Part shown: piece by piece, positions 12,390 to 24,240 of the stretch
Layout: every line of letters begins with the position of its first letter
How positions within the stretch are numbered: the stretch's first letter is position 1
Assembly (NCBI RefSeq): GCF_001194135.2
Contig: NC_069009.1
Location: 9,603,608-9,667,607 of the forward strand
Length of the DNA: 64,000 nucleotides
Direction: 5' to 3'
Source: Octopus bimaculoides
Lineage: Eukaryota
Made by a program: the position numbers and the translations under genes
The notes under the pieces: model-generated
Databases searched by the model: none
What the model was told of the DNA's origin: nothing
What the model saw: only the letters and a program-made list of their open reading frames with translations

Positions 12390-12560
12390 TTTCGGAGGAG
12401 AAGATGTGTCGATTACATCGACCCCAGGGTTCAACTGGTACTTAATTTATCGACCCTGAAAGGATGAAAGGCAAAGTCGACCTCGGCGGAATTTGGACTC
12501 AATACCGCGAAGCATTTCGCCCGGCGGGCTAACGATTCTGCCAGCTCACCGCCTTCCTAC
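12390..12560 (-). mobile_element. tRNA-derived SINE family B (gtcgactttgcctttcatcc core); CpG-rich copy
   Basis: Minus strand ggcggtgagctggcagaatcgttagc...gaggtcgactttgcctttcatcc...gtcgataaattaagtaccagttgaaccctggggtcgatgtaatcgac; other copies at 24500-24690, 47490-47590, 56380-56540 and 61870-62000(+). Confidence 0.75.
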
Positions 12561-12829
12561 GACCACAAATACAAACTACTGTTCTATACATTTGATAATG
12601 TAATCCTGAATATACTATATTTGAATTTTTTTAATGGGATAGTCACAGCTGGAACGTCGGTGATCATAGACCTGCTGCATCAAGACAGACCGGGAGCTAA
12701 ACAACGATTATAGCTACTTTTTACCAGATGAAATAAATATCAGAAACGCTGTGTTTCATACAGAAGCTGCAGGAGTTGCTCAGATGTTCCGCAAACTCTT
12801 CTAAATCCATTGCCATATCGTCAGCAGGT

Positions 12830-13540
12830 ATCTCAGGGTCAGAAGCACTTCGTCCCTTAGCCTATACACTTTGCCTAAGTGAGGCACCAAGGACTGAAGT
12901 AGTTTCCCCCTATGGAAGGGTTCCACTTGTGGTCTCTTATTAATCATAGCCAGTTTGAGCTGGTTTCACTTCCCAAGCCTATCTCCTTGATAGCTTCCTT
13001 CAGTTGTCAAGGTTTCCTTCTATAGGAAATAGCTCACTGATCGAGCTGAAAAGCTACAGCAGCCAACTTTAGAAAGGTATGCTGTCTCTTGACATGGATC
13101 TCATCACCTGAGTCCTGATACTTCATTTTCTTAACCTACTGGGTAATTTCAAGTCTGTCCTCCCAGGGCACTATGAGTTCGACCATAATGATTGTTTTTG
13201 TATTTCTGGGGAACAGGAACATGTGTTGTCGAAGCAATATTATCACTATCTTCTCTGGAAAAACAAGTCTGCTCTTTAGATCCACTTGAATATTCTAATC
13301 TGAGGTTGAACGAAAATAGAAAACAGGTCCCCTACCATTAATTTCGCCACTTTCTTTTAGCATTTTAATATTCTTTGGTGGTGGTAGCTGGTGTTTATTA
13401 GCCTTCACCCTTTGCAGATCAGTCCACTTGGCAATTTCTACAAGGACCCTGTCATGTTTCTACTTGAATTGGTCTTCTCTTAGTGCCCAAGGCGTCCAGG
13501 GAGCAAAGAGTTGTTCTGCACTGCATGCAGGATGGATCTC
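12830..13540 (-). mobile_element. Second HERO-clade RLE retrotransposon 3' fragment, heavily decayed
   Basis: Minus strand gives KHDRVLVEIAKW...VDLKSRLVFPEKI...RNTKTIIMVELIVPWEDRLE...KKMKYQ (RLE domain). Confidence 0.7.
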
Positions 13541-14482
13541 TTTCTTTGCCCCATATTTTACTACACATTTGATAATGTAGTCCTCGATACACTATGTCTA
13601 AATAAAGGATGGGATGGTCACAGCAGGAACGTCTTTGATCTTAGGTCTACTGGATCAGGACAGATCTAAGGCTAAACAAGTGGAGGTTAGGCTAGAGATA
13701 ACAGCGCCTAAAAAAAAAAAAAAACAGAAAAGGAATTTGTTGCAATTGCTTCCTCCAGAGTCATATCCCAATGATGATCAAATTCATCACAAAAAATCGT
13801 GTAAAAAGATCACCAAAAACAATCAGAGTAATGAAAACATAGGAATCCAAAATTTCAGGATTGCAGGTGCAGAATGTTTTTAATTCATTCACGGAATTAG
13901 CCATTAGATTATAAAAATTGTTATCATATAAAAAAATTTGTTGCAAAAAGTCACATTAAAAAATTGTCAAAAACAATCACAGTAATGAAAACTTGGGAAT
14001 CCAAAATTTAAGGATTATGCTTCCCCTTAGTTGAAGTGTGACACACTGACATTCACATCTATTATATTAGATATGTTTAATTTTGGGGAATCTTCAAGAG
14101 TGTGGTATGTTCTTGAGCAAAATACTCCATTTCAATTGTCCCAGACCACTCAGCCATAAATTTATATGTACCTATCTATGTGTATACATGTATATGTGTG
14201 TGAGAGAGAGAGAGAGCGTAAGTGCTACTATATAATATAAATGTATGTATAGATTAATATACGTACACATAAGTATGAGCATGTATTTATGTCTGTATAC
14301 ATCTATAGCTCTATACAAATTGACATACATGTGTGTGTGTTTATAAATGTATGAATATCCATATGTATATAAATAATTATGAATATGTGTCTTTGTGAAT
14401 GTACTGTGTATGTTTATATGTATTTATGTGCACATAAGTGCATATATATGTAAATGTACATACATTCGTGTGTGTGTGTGTG

Positions 14483-15236
14483 AGTGGAGGTAAAGGACAT
14501 GGACTGCACCTCCTTTCGGTACTTTTTTTTTTATACAGAAACCCACTTTTTTAACTGTGGAGATTCTGAATCTGCAAAAAAAAAATCGGCATTTGAAAAT
14601 TTTGGAATTAAGAGATAAAAATTAGTTTTGCACACATACATGACAACAAAATGACATTTTTAAAGATTTTTTCCTTTTTTGGTAATTCATATTTAGAAAG
14701 TAGATCTTTGGTTTGGCTGTTGTTTCTAGATTTTTGGACTTTCTGGTTGGAGCGTACTTAAACATTGAAGATTTTGAAAACCCCAAAAACACGTTTTCAG
14801 AATTTTGATTTTCCCCCTCTCCACCCCCTCTGGCAAAGAAAGAAAAAGGAGATGGGGAAATTAAAATTTTGAAAACATGATTTGTCGTCTAGCTGCTGTT
14901 TCTAGCATGTCAAGTTTTCTGTTTAGATACTTTTTATGTTTGCTATTTTAGTAGGAGGGAAGGGGTGTTTATTTATTTATTTATTTTTTTGAAAAATTGA
15001 AATTTTACAAATTTTTTTTTTCAGAGTCATAATCTCCATATTTTCCTACATATTTCATGAAAGAAATTTTTTAAAAATTGCAGGGGGTGGGGGGGCAAAA
15101 TTTTCAAATGCCAATTTTTTTTTTTTTTTTTGCAGATTTGGAATCTCCACAGTCAAAATGGTGGGTTTCTGTAGAAAAAAAACAAAAAATAAAACCCAAA
15201 AGGTGGGGGTGCAGTCCATGTCCTTTACTTCCGCCT
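14483..15236. mobile_element. ~750-bp foldback/MITE with ~140-bp imperfect terminal inverted repeats
   Basis: gtaaaggacatggactgcacc (14490-14510) is the exact reverse complement of 15208-15228; pairing continues through acagaaacccac...ctgtggagattc...tctgcaaaaaaa..ggcatttgaaaatttt versus 15095-15175. Confidence 0.8.
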
Positions 15237-15506
15237 GTGTGTATATATTATAATTTCAAATATTTGTTAAATAGAAAATGAAAATGAATGAAATATATAT
15301 ATTAATATATTTTCCATAGGTGCAACAGCATGGCCATGATCTAATGAATAAAACAGTCAATTGACTGCGGCCATGTTGGAGCACTGCCTTTAGTTGNNNN
15401 NNNNNNNNNNNNNNNNNNNNNNNNNNNNNNNNNNNNNNNNNNNNNNNNNNNNNNNNNNNNNNNNNNNNNNNNNNNNNTATATATATATATATATACATAT
15501 ACATAT

Positions 15507-15540
<34 letters not shown>

Positions 15541-16039
15541 GATGGTCTTCTTTCAGTTTCCGTCTACCAAATCCACTCACAAGGCTTTGGTCGGCCCAAG
15601 GCTATAGTAGAAGACACTTGCCCAAGGTGCCACGCAGTGGGACTGAAGCCGGAACCATGTTGATGTTAAGCCACGCCTGCCCTATTTATATATATATGTA
15701 TCTTTTACATGTTGTAGACATTAGATTGTGGCCATGCTAGGGTACTGCCATGAAGGGTTTTAACCAAATTGACCTCAGTACTAATATCATGAAGTAATAA
15801 CATGGTCAGCATCCAACAAACTATGGAAAATCTGGAAAGCAACATAATTGTCATGTGACCTAACACTACACCTGTTTCATGCTACAATCACTAGACAACA
15901 CAAACACTTGATTTCTGCACAAGGCCTTTAACATGTTTCATGCCTGCCATAATCAAACAAGTCACAATATGGATCTAGACAACCCATCAACTAAACCCTT
16001 AAACAAAAATGGCTGGAATTTGCAGATCACTGTTTTCAT

Positions 16040-16340
16040 CAAACAGCTCAATCTGATACTACTTTTTCTCTATAACCCTCTGGGGAATGTTCAAGCCCGA
16101 TAGTAAGGTTTGAACACAGAACTGTGTACTGTCTCAGAGTTGGCAGATGCGATGTCTTATCACAAGGCCAGTATTGCAGTGATGATGAAATTTTGACAAA
16201 TGGGATGAAAGATGCTTCACCAATGGAATCCAAGCTCCAAGGACTATGACACAAATAGAAGAAATGTATGGACCGTAAAGATGACTATGTTGAAAAATGA
16301 ACCTCATATGGTCACATTCCATGAGAGTACGTTGGTCAGC
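16040..16340 (+). mobile_element. mariner-like transposon 3' remnant
   Basis: Decayed reading ...NGIQA...CMDRKDDYVEK* (mariner C-terminus GDYVEK) followed by TIR-like cagcctacaaacctttcaaccatccctcata. Confidence 0.55.
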
Positions 16341-16499
16341 CTACAAACCTTTCAACCATCCCTCATATAATTCATCATCATTTAACATTTTTTTTCCATG
16401 TCTGCCTGGTTGGATAGTTTGACAAGAAGACAACCCAGAGCACAAAATTCTATGTCAGCTTTGACATGATTTCTACAGTTGGATGTATATATGTGTGTG

Positions 16500-17830
16500 T
16501 GTGTACTGAACTACAAAAGAAACGTCGCACTGTAAAAGATAGTTTCACGCACAATATTGAGATTATATGGATTTTATCACATTTTTAGGTAATTTGATAT
16601 CGAGAAGATGTCACTAAACCACAACATCACTCTTTTGAAAACACAAGGATTGCATGTAGGGTTCGAACTTGCTCACTTTTCATGAACATGGTAATGCTTT
16701 CAAGCACATCTTAATGCAAAGCATGATGCACATGCAAAACATTGAATCATTGGGTATAAAAGGTACCCAAATTTACCAGCCTGTCGTTCATCTCCCGAAT
16801 AACACAAGACTGACATGAAATCAGAGGGAGGAAGCCATCAGACATTTCTTTGCTGGTCAACGTCCATGGGTTGAACTGCAGTATTCGGACAATTGTGCAG
16901 CTGAAGGAATGATACAATGCCACAAACAGCACAGATGATTGTCCACGCAGTGGCTGACCGAGGGTTACAACAGCACATCAAGATCACCACCTAAACTGAC
17001 AGGACCAATTCCGGAGGGCAATGGAATCAGCAAGGGACTCACCACAGACCCGTTTGTGCAGAGACAGTTCACTGGCGGCTGAGATCTTTCAATCTGTCTT
17101 GTTGACGTCCAGCTAGAGACCCCCATCCTCACAGATCGTCATCGACTGGCACATCTGCAGTGAGATTAAAAACATCAGAACTGGCGATATCAGCAGTGGA
17201 GGACTGCAGTCTTCTCTGACGAAAGTCGATATTGCATTTCTGTGCCAGATGGCAGAGCTAGGGTTTGGAGAAGTAGGGGTGAACGTCATGCTGATGGCTG
17301 TGTGGTGGAGAGAAACTCATGGGGAGGACAGAGCATCATGGTATGGGGTAGGATTGCACTCAGCCAGAAACCACTGACCTCCCAAAGCATCAGCCAAGGC
17401 CAGGACAATGGTGTAACCGCTGCTTGCTACATTGACCAAGTGTTGAGACCTCGCATTGTGCCATGCTTTGCCCATCATCGGAATCACGACCCCATGCCCA
17501 TACTGCCAGGTTGACAACAGACTTCCTCCAACAGCACAACATCCAGACACTGTCATGGCCTGCCCTAAGTCCAGACTTGAACCCCATAGAGCACCTGTGG
17601 GATGCAATCCAAACAAAGCTAAATGACATCCGTCTAAGGGCGACAACTCACTGCAAATTTTAACAGAGCATGGGCTGCTATCCCCATAGTCTTCATCAAT
17701 CGTTGGGCGCATTTAATGTAGAGATGCCTGACAGTAATCAATGCTAACGGTGGTCACACGAGATATTGAGTTCACCTCTTTGGATCCAGAAACATTCCGT
17801 CATCACGTGAAGCCATGTGACATCAAACAT
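16500..17830 (+). mobile_element. Tc1-like (DD34E) transposase pseudogene
   Basis: DGRARVWRSRGERHADGCVVERNSWGGQSIMVWGRI...YIDQVLRP; HAHTARLTTDFLQQHNIQTLSWPALSPDLNPIEHLWD. Frameshifted. Confidence 0.9.
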
Positions 17831-19614
17831 GTCTAGTTCACACTAGATATGAAACCAAAGGATTTTTCTAAACTATTACGTTATATATACAAATATATAT
17901 ATTGTTATTCCATTGTAATGCTTTGAATTCAAAGGACTAGCCTTATCACATTCTGTGTCACACTGAATCTCCCTGAAAACTAATGTAAGGGTACATGTAT
18001 CTTTGGAGGAGTACTCATCCAATTTCGTGTCAATTTCACTCGGCTGTTCTGTTGATTGGATCAACTGGAACCCTTGTCCTCCTAACCAACAGTGCCAGGT
18101 GGTCCAGTCTCTCTTTTTTCTTTTTTTATTCATAGCTATTCTTTTTAGCCCTAATCCCACCTTTTTTCCATCCAGGTTGCTTGACTGTCTCAAGTGAGGG
18201 ATACAGTTTATGTTATCCATAATTTTCTAACAGGTAGTAGAAGTATCGACCCTTTAGTATTTAAACCAGTTATTTTCAGCCAAATTATCCTGTTTTATGC
18301 TTAAGCTGGCCAAACATGGCCTCTCCCACCAACCTTACATCACTCTAATAATTAATAGTTAGCTCATCAAAATCTCAAAACGACAAGATGTGTGATTAAT
18401 TCAAAGCGATGTGAATAAATAAGCATTACATTTGACAGAGTAATCTGAATGCTGTAGGGTTAAATAATTGAATATAATAAGTGCAAGTGTAGCTTATGGT
18501 AAGAAACTTGCTTCCCAACCACTTCGTTTCAGGCTCAGTCCCGGTGTGAAACACTGAGTATTTTCTATGCCCTCAGGCCAACCAAAACATTGAGTGGATT
18601 TGGTGAACCAAAACTGAAAGAAGCTTGTTATGTGTGTGAATATGTCTTTCTCTCTCTGCTTGTCCCCCACCACCACTTGACTGACAACTGCTGTTGGTGT
18701 GTTTACATTCCCATAACCTAGCAATTCAGCAAAAGAGACCCAATAGAAAAATTACAAGGCTTAAAAAATAAGTCTTGGGGTTGATTTGTTCGACTAAAAC
18801 CGTTCAAGGTGGTGCCCCAGCACGGCTGCAGTCAAATAAACAAGTAAAAGATAAAAGATTATGATTCAAATCATGCTGGGGCACCACCGAGAAGAGTTAT
18901 TAGGCAAATGAATTGACCCCAGTATTTTTTTGGGGGGGGGGTCAAACTATTAAGTTACAGGGACATAAACACATCAACACTGGTTGTCAAGTGGTGATGG
19001 GAGGGGCAAAGACAGACACATATATATACAATGGCCTTCTTTCAGTTTCCTTCTACGAAATCCACTCACAAGGCTTTGATTAACCCAAGACACTTGCTCA
19101 ATGTATCATACACTGAACCCAGAACCATGTGGTTGGGAAGCAAACTTCTTACCACACAGCCATGCCTGCACCTATGCTATCTAAAAAGTTTGTCAGTTTC
19201 ATGTCTCAGCAGACAAAATGGAAAAGGCATTGCCCAACAGGATTGCAAGGAAGGTGTGCTGGAACAGTCACTTTTCACAAGTGGGGCTCATCATCTCCAC
19301 CCCAGTACCAGTGAGGATGGATGTAGTCTAGTTGGGCAGAGAATGCCAGAGGCCTTCACTGCCACAGGTTCAACCACAAACATGTCAGAGAGCAGATGAA
19401 AGTTTGCCTGGGCTGGCAGCGAAACAAACCAAGTTGCTACCGGAAGTGTCACAACGTGGAACCCAGAGGGAGGGTGAAGGCATTCCACCACAGAACCAGG
19501 CGGAATTAAGGATAAAGGCAACTGGTCTTCATTTAGAGACATCCAACATACTTTCAAAATCCCAGCATTAAGTGGAGATTCTTGAACCAACATCCTGATT
19601 ACTCTGGGCTAAGA

Positions 19615-19995
19615 ATTAACCCCACCATTACCATATTTCTTTTGAAATATACTGCCTTTCTTTCAACTAATTTGAACATAGTGAATTTATTGAAATAACT
19701 GTCATTATTCAAGTGGTGTTTGGGATAAAATTTTGATGGCAGGTTTTAATTTAAATCAACTTTAATCCTCCTTACCATATTTCTGTTCACTGGTTTTGTT
19801 TCAATTTTTTAATTAATGAAGAATTCACCAAAATAGAATTGTGGTTATAAGCTGGTGTCTGCAACAAATTTACATGCAATTTTTTAATTTAGCTCACATA
19901 TCGAACCACTTTGTTTCCATATCTATTGAAATACACTGCCTTTATTTCAATTTATTTTGAAAACAATGATGAATTCAGTAAAATAACTGTGGCAA
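19615..19995 (+). repeat. Degenerate tandem repeat, ~3 units of ~140-150 bp
   Basis: The motif ccatat(t)tc....gaaata.actgccttt.tttcaa...ttttgaa...aaataactgt recurs near 19625, 19770 and 19915. Confidence 0.6.
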
Positions 19996-20040
19996 ACCAG
20001 GACCAGTTTCAGTCCTGTCTATATGAAAAAAACTTTAGAT

Positions 20041-20800
20041 CAGGGGCCGGGGAACTTTTTTTTTAGCCAATTACTTCCCAAAATATATTTACACTGATGT
20101 CACCACCTTGATTTGAAAGGAATTTTTTTTTTTTAAATTCAAAAGGTTTATTGAATCTATTATAAATATAAAAAGTATATTGTTTCATAAATATAAAAGC
20201 ATTTTGAATCTATTATAAGTACGAAAAGCATAAAACAAATACCATCATTAAACTTAAAGATTTTTCTAGAAACTTTTTCACTTCAGGTTCTGAAGAAATG
20301 TTTCACTTTTGTTACAATTACATCAAAATTGGGGCATTTTGATGCCAGAAATACTTGGACACAATCTTTGGGGTCCAATCGATTTTTCTTTATGTTCATT
20401 AGAGTGGAAAATCTTTGTTTGCAAAATGCAACAACTTTTTGATCACCTCCTCATGCTATTTTGAAAACCTTTGCAGCAGTTAACATCCAAAAATGTGACA
20501 TGCTTTTTTTTCAAACTCATTGTAGCTTTCTTATAGGATTGAAGTTCAAAAGTGTCTCTGTCAACCCTTGAGGCTCTTCTGGAACATCAACAATTTCACA
20601 TTTAAAGGGACATACAACTTGACAGTATGTGAATCAAGATCTGGAAAACAATCAGAGAAGCACTCTTTGAATTTGTTGAGATGCCTTATAACTGCATCCT
20701 TGATGTCAAAGCTTTCAAAAAAAAATAAAGCTAATTTTGAAATGGCAACTTTTTGTTTTCTGCCTCCAATATAAAAGCTTTTACTTGTCTAGTGAGTCTG
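20041..20800 (-). mobile_element. hAT (Charlie/Buster-type) transposon remnant
   Basis: TIR-like caggggccggggaac at 20041; minus strand gives FWMLTAAKVFKIA...FCKQRFSTLMNIKKNRLDPKDCVQVFLASKCPNFDVIV, resembling the hAT dimerisation domain. Confidence 0.65.
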
Positions 20801-22369
20801 ATTACCTCCAAGCATTTCGTTTTTAATCCACTTTCAGTAATATAACCAAGTTTGCTGACCTGTTTTAGGTTATATTACAGTAAGTACCCAGTTATTAAAC
20901 AGCTCATGTGGGTTTCAGTCTTGCTCAATTTTATTTTATATGTCACAGGTGGAGGTGCACAGCTGAGTAGTTTAGAGTGGTGGATTCGTGAATGTAAGAT
21001 ATCCATTTCAGTTCAACTGGGCAATGTGGTGTGCTCTCGAGCAAAACACATCACTTCACATTGCTCCACTCCACCCATCTGGCAAAAATGAATAATGATG
21101 CAACAGACCAGTATCCTGTCTAGAGAAGAAAATATACAACAGAAACCAGATCACAGGTGCCTGGAACTACAAATTGGTTTCCACTGCATGGAAACTGCAC
21201 CTGGTGCCATCTATGACGGACACTAGGAGTAAGAAACACTAGATGTGGAAGTTCCTCTTAACATTTCTGACAAGGTCTCAGTGTAGTGTTCAATGCCAAC
21301 ATTCGTAAAGCCATCCAATTCCCATCAGTTTATCGATGAGGAGCCAAGTTATCTCCCGTCCATTTGTGCAGTAATTGTAAACCAATTCACCATGGAAGCA
21401 AAACACCCAAACCTTACCTTTTCTTTCTGTTACCTGTCCCAGTCATTAGACTGCAGCCATGCTAGAGCACCACCTTGAAGAATTTTTACTTGAATGAATG
21501 GACCACAATATTTCTGTTTTCTTTAAACCCTTGTACTTATATTGGTATCTTTTGCAGAACCATTATATTAGGGGGGTGGTGTAAAGACATATATAATCAC
21601 ACAACTGTTTTTCAGTTTCCATCAACAAAATCCACTATCAAAGTTATAGAAGATACTTGCCCAAGATGTCAGGCAGTGGAGAAGGAAAACTTCTTACCAC
21701 ACAGCCAAGCTGCTTACAAGTGCTGACCCCACCATCATCACTGTTTTAACACTCACTTTTGAAGTAAATCAGATTCTCTTCACTGAGATAACCTTCCTGT
21801 CACCAACCTCACCTGTTTCCAAGGAAGAGATTTCCTCATAACCAGCCATTTCACAGTGGACTTGACAAGACAAAGCGCTGTGAAGTTGCTTGTTCAGGTA
21901 AACTACATTTCTCATTTCAAACTTAAACCAAAGGTCAGGATGAGGTCAAACACATCTCATCTCTGAAGTCAATGTAATTCAATATGCATATCTATATTCT
22001 TTTCATTTATTTGAATGCGGCCATGCTGGAGCACTGCCTTTAGTTAAACAAATCAACCCCAGCACTTATTCTATTGCTGTCTTTTGATGATCTAAGTTAC
22101 AAGGATGTAAACACACATGTGTGTATATATATATATGTGTATATTCACACACGACAGGATTTTCAGTTTTCATCTACCAAATTCACTTGCAAGTCCTTGT
22201 CAGCTGGAAGCTATAGTTGAGGACACTTGCCCAAGGTGCTCCACAGTGGGACTGAATCAGGAACCATGTGGTTGGTAAGCAAGCTACTTACCACACAGCC
22301 ACTCCTGTGTCTAAATGTGTATAATACATCTATGCACAGACACATTTAATGTCCAAGCTGGCAAACTGA

Positions 22370-22740
22370 GCGGCTGCACCAGACTGATTTGGCATGATTT
22401 CTACAGTTGGATGTCCTTCCTAATGACACCCAGTGTGTGATGGGTGCTTTTTACATGCCAGTTGTGACATTGGCATGCACCCCTCAACCCCCAAATGAAC
22501 TACGATTTCACTTGGCTTGATGGGTCTTCTCAAGCATAGCATATTGCCAAAGTTCTCAGTCACCAGTCATTGCCTCCATGTGGCCCCGAACTTTCAAATA
22601 TCATGCTTTGCCACATGTCTTCCTTTGGTCTACTTCCATCACAGGTTCCCTCCGCAGTTAGAGATTGGCACTACATTACACAGCTGGCCTCGTTCACAAG
22701 CATCACATGACCACACCCCTAATACTCACGCAGTGTAGTG
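22370..22740 (-). mobile_element. RTE-X-like LINE 3' fragment
   Basis: Same ORF2-end/tail sequence as 7770-8510 and 39900-40430 (cacttggcttgatgggtcttctcaagcatagc...acaggttccctcc). Confidence 0.65.
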
Positions 22741-23142
22741 AAGGTGCATGATTCAGTGGTTAGAACGTCAGGCTCACAATCATGAAGTTGTGTGCTCAAT
22801 TCCTGGACCAGGCTATGTGTTATGTTCTGGAGCAAGATCCTTTGCTTCACGTTGCTCCAGTTCACTCAGCTGTAGAAATGAATTGCAATTTCAGTGGTGC
22901 CAAGCTGTATCAGCTTTTGCCCTTCCCTTTGGAGAGTGGCATGGGGAGGGGAGGCTGGTATGCATGGGTAACTGCTAGTCTTCCATAAACAACCTTGCCT
23001 GGACTTGTACCTCAGAGCAGCAATCCCATTGTCATTAATTACTTGAAAGGGGTCTTTACTCTTTACATAGAGAGAGAGTACAATAGCTTTCTCTAAGTTT
23101 CTGTGTATCAATTCAACTTTCATTTATACATACATACATATA

Positions 23143-23465
23143 TATATATTTGTAAATATAATTAAGGGATCAGCAAATATTTGCTTCACCGGAATATTAT
23201 TCGTCCATGCTTACACAGTTTGCTAGCATAGTCAAATTTACTACTGGAATACAGTATTGATGAAGGAAATTGATTATTAATCATAATCCAGGAAAGCGTC
23301 TACTGTTAAACGTCGGAATTGGTTAGTTTTTCATTGTTTTTTCCTTTGTGAGTTACAAATGATGCTATCTGTGGGATTCTCAGCTTTTTTAGCTGCTATT
23401 TCTGAACTTCGGTATATGGTGAAGCAAATATTTGCTGATCCCTTAATTATATTTACAAATATATA
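23143..23465. mobile_element. MITE with perfect 48-bp terminal inverted repeats, in a TA context
   Basis: 23143-23190 (tatatatttgtaaatataattaagggatcagcaaatatttgcttcacc) is the exact reverse complement of 23418-23465; each TIR contains the palindrome agcaaatatttgct. Confidence 0.9.
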
Positions 23466-23628
23466 CGAGCTTTTAAATAAGTTCTCCACCAATAATGGTG
23501 CTTTCATACCGATGGGCTTGGTAAAAATTATTAATTGTTAATTGATTTATTAATTAATAAATTGATAATCCTTTACCCTTTTAATTTGTAATACATATAT
23601 ATATAGATATATATACATATACACAAGG

Positions 23629-24048
23629 GTGTGGAGTGGAGTGAAAGCATTTGAAGAGGCCAGGATGATGCAAGCAGGGCTCAAGAGATATTTAAGGAAA
23701 AATGTAAAGACTGAGAAGGTGAATGACAAGGACCTGTTTGTGTGCACAGTCTGTGACAGACCATGTCTGTCCTTGGCTGGCCTCAAATCTCACCTGCGAA
23801 CCCATGGAAAACAAACCTCATCCAGCTATTCTGATTATATGTCTGTGCACACGTTTGAATGTGGTGTGTGCCAGAGGGTTTGCAAATCCAATGGGGGTCT
23901 TAAAAGACATGTTAGGATCCACAATGAGCAGAACTTACTTGCAGGTATTGGTAGTGCAAATCAGAGGTGCAATCTGTGTGGGTGTTTTTTCAAAACACTG
24001 TCTGGTTTAAAAAGTCACATCAGACGCCATGAAAGGGCTAAGGTGTAG
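23629..24048 (+). mobile_element. 5'-truncated RTE-clade LINE end encoding an intact ORF with three C2H2 zinc fingers (in-frame ATG at 23665, 127 aa)
   Basis: WSGVKAFEEAR...KR..RK is the RTE ORF2 C-terminal signature; three C-x2-C-x12-H-x3-H fingers (CTVC..HLRTH, CGVC..HVRIH, CNLC..HIRRH); non-TGEKP linkers; flanked by (TA)n. The ORF-track start at 23629 is GTG. Confidence 0.75.
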
Positions 24049-24234
24049 GTGCAGGAGGTGGTCAAACTCTGTAAGGAGTAGACAACCACCATATATATAT
24101 ACACATTTATTTCTAACAGGCATGAAGTAGTCATGCAAATCCCCACATGCTCTATTGACAGAAATAAAGAGAGAGAGAGAAAAAAAGAAGAAAGAAAAAA
24201 CAATATGAAGCAAAATGAAATTAGGGAATCCAAA

Positions 24235-24240
24235 TTTATT
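24235..24240 (-). terminator. Candidate distal poly(A) signal of the CNBP-like gene
   Basis: AATAAA on the minus strand followed by a U-rich downstream element (TTTGGATTCCCTAATTTCATTTTGCTTCATATTGTTTTTTC); marks the end of a largely TE-poor stretch running from the CNBP stop codon. Confidence 0.4.

Noticed and set aside
13740-14020. Two ~60-bp direct repeats about 155 bp apart
   Set aside because: AT-rich degenerate duplication with no structural or coding signal; probably a repeat remnant.
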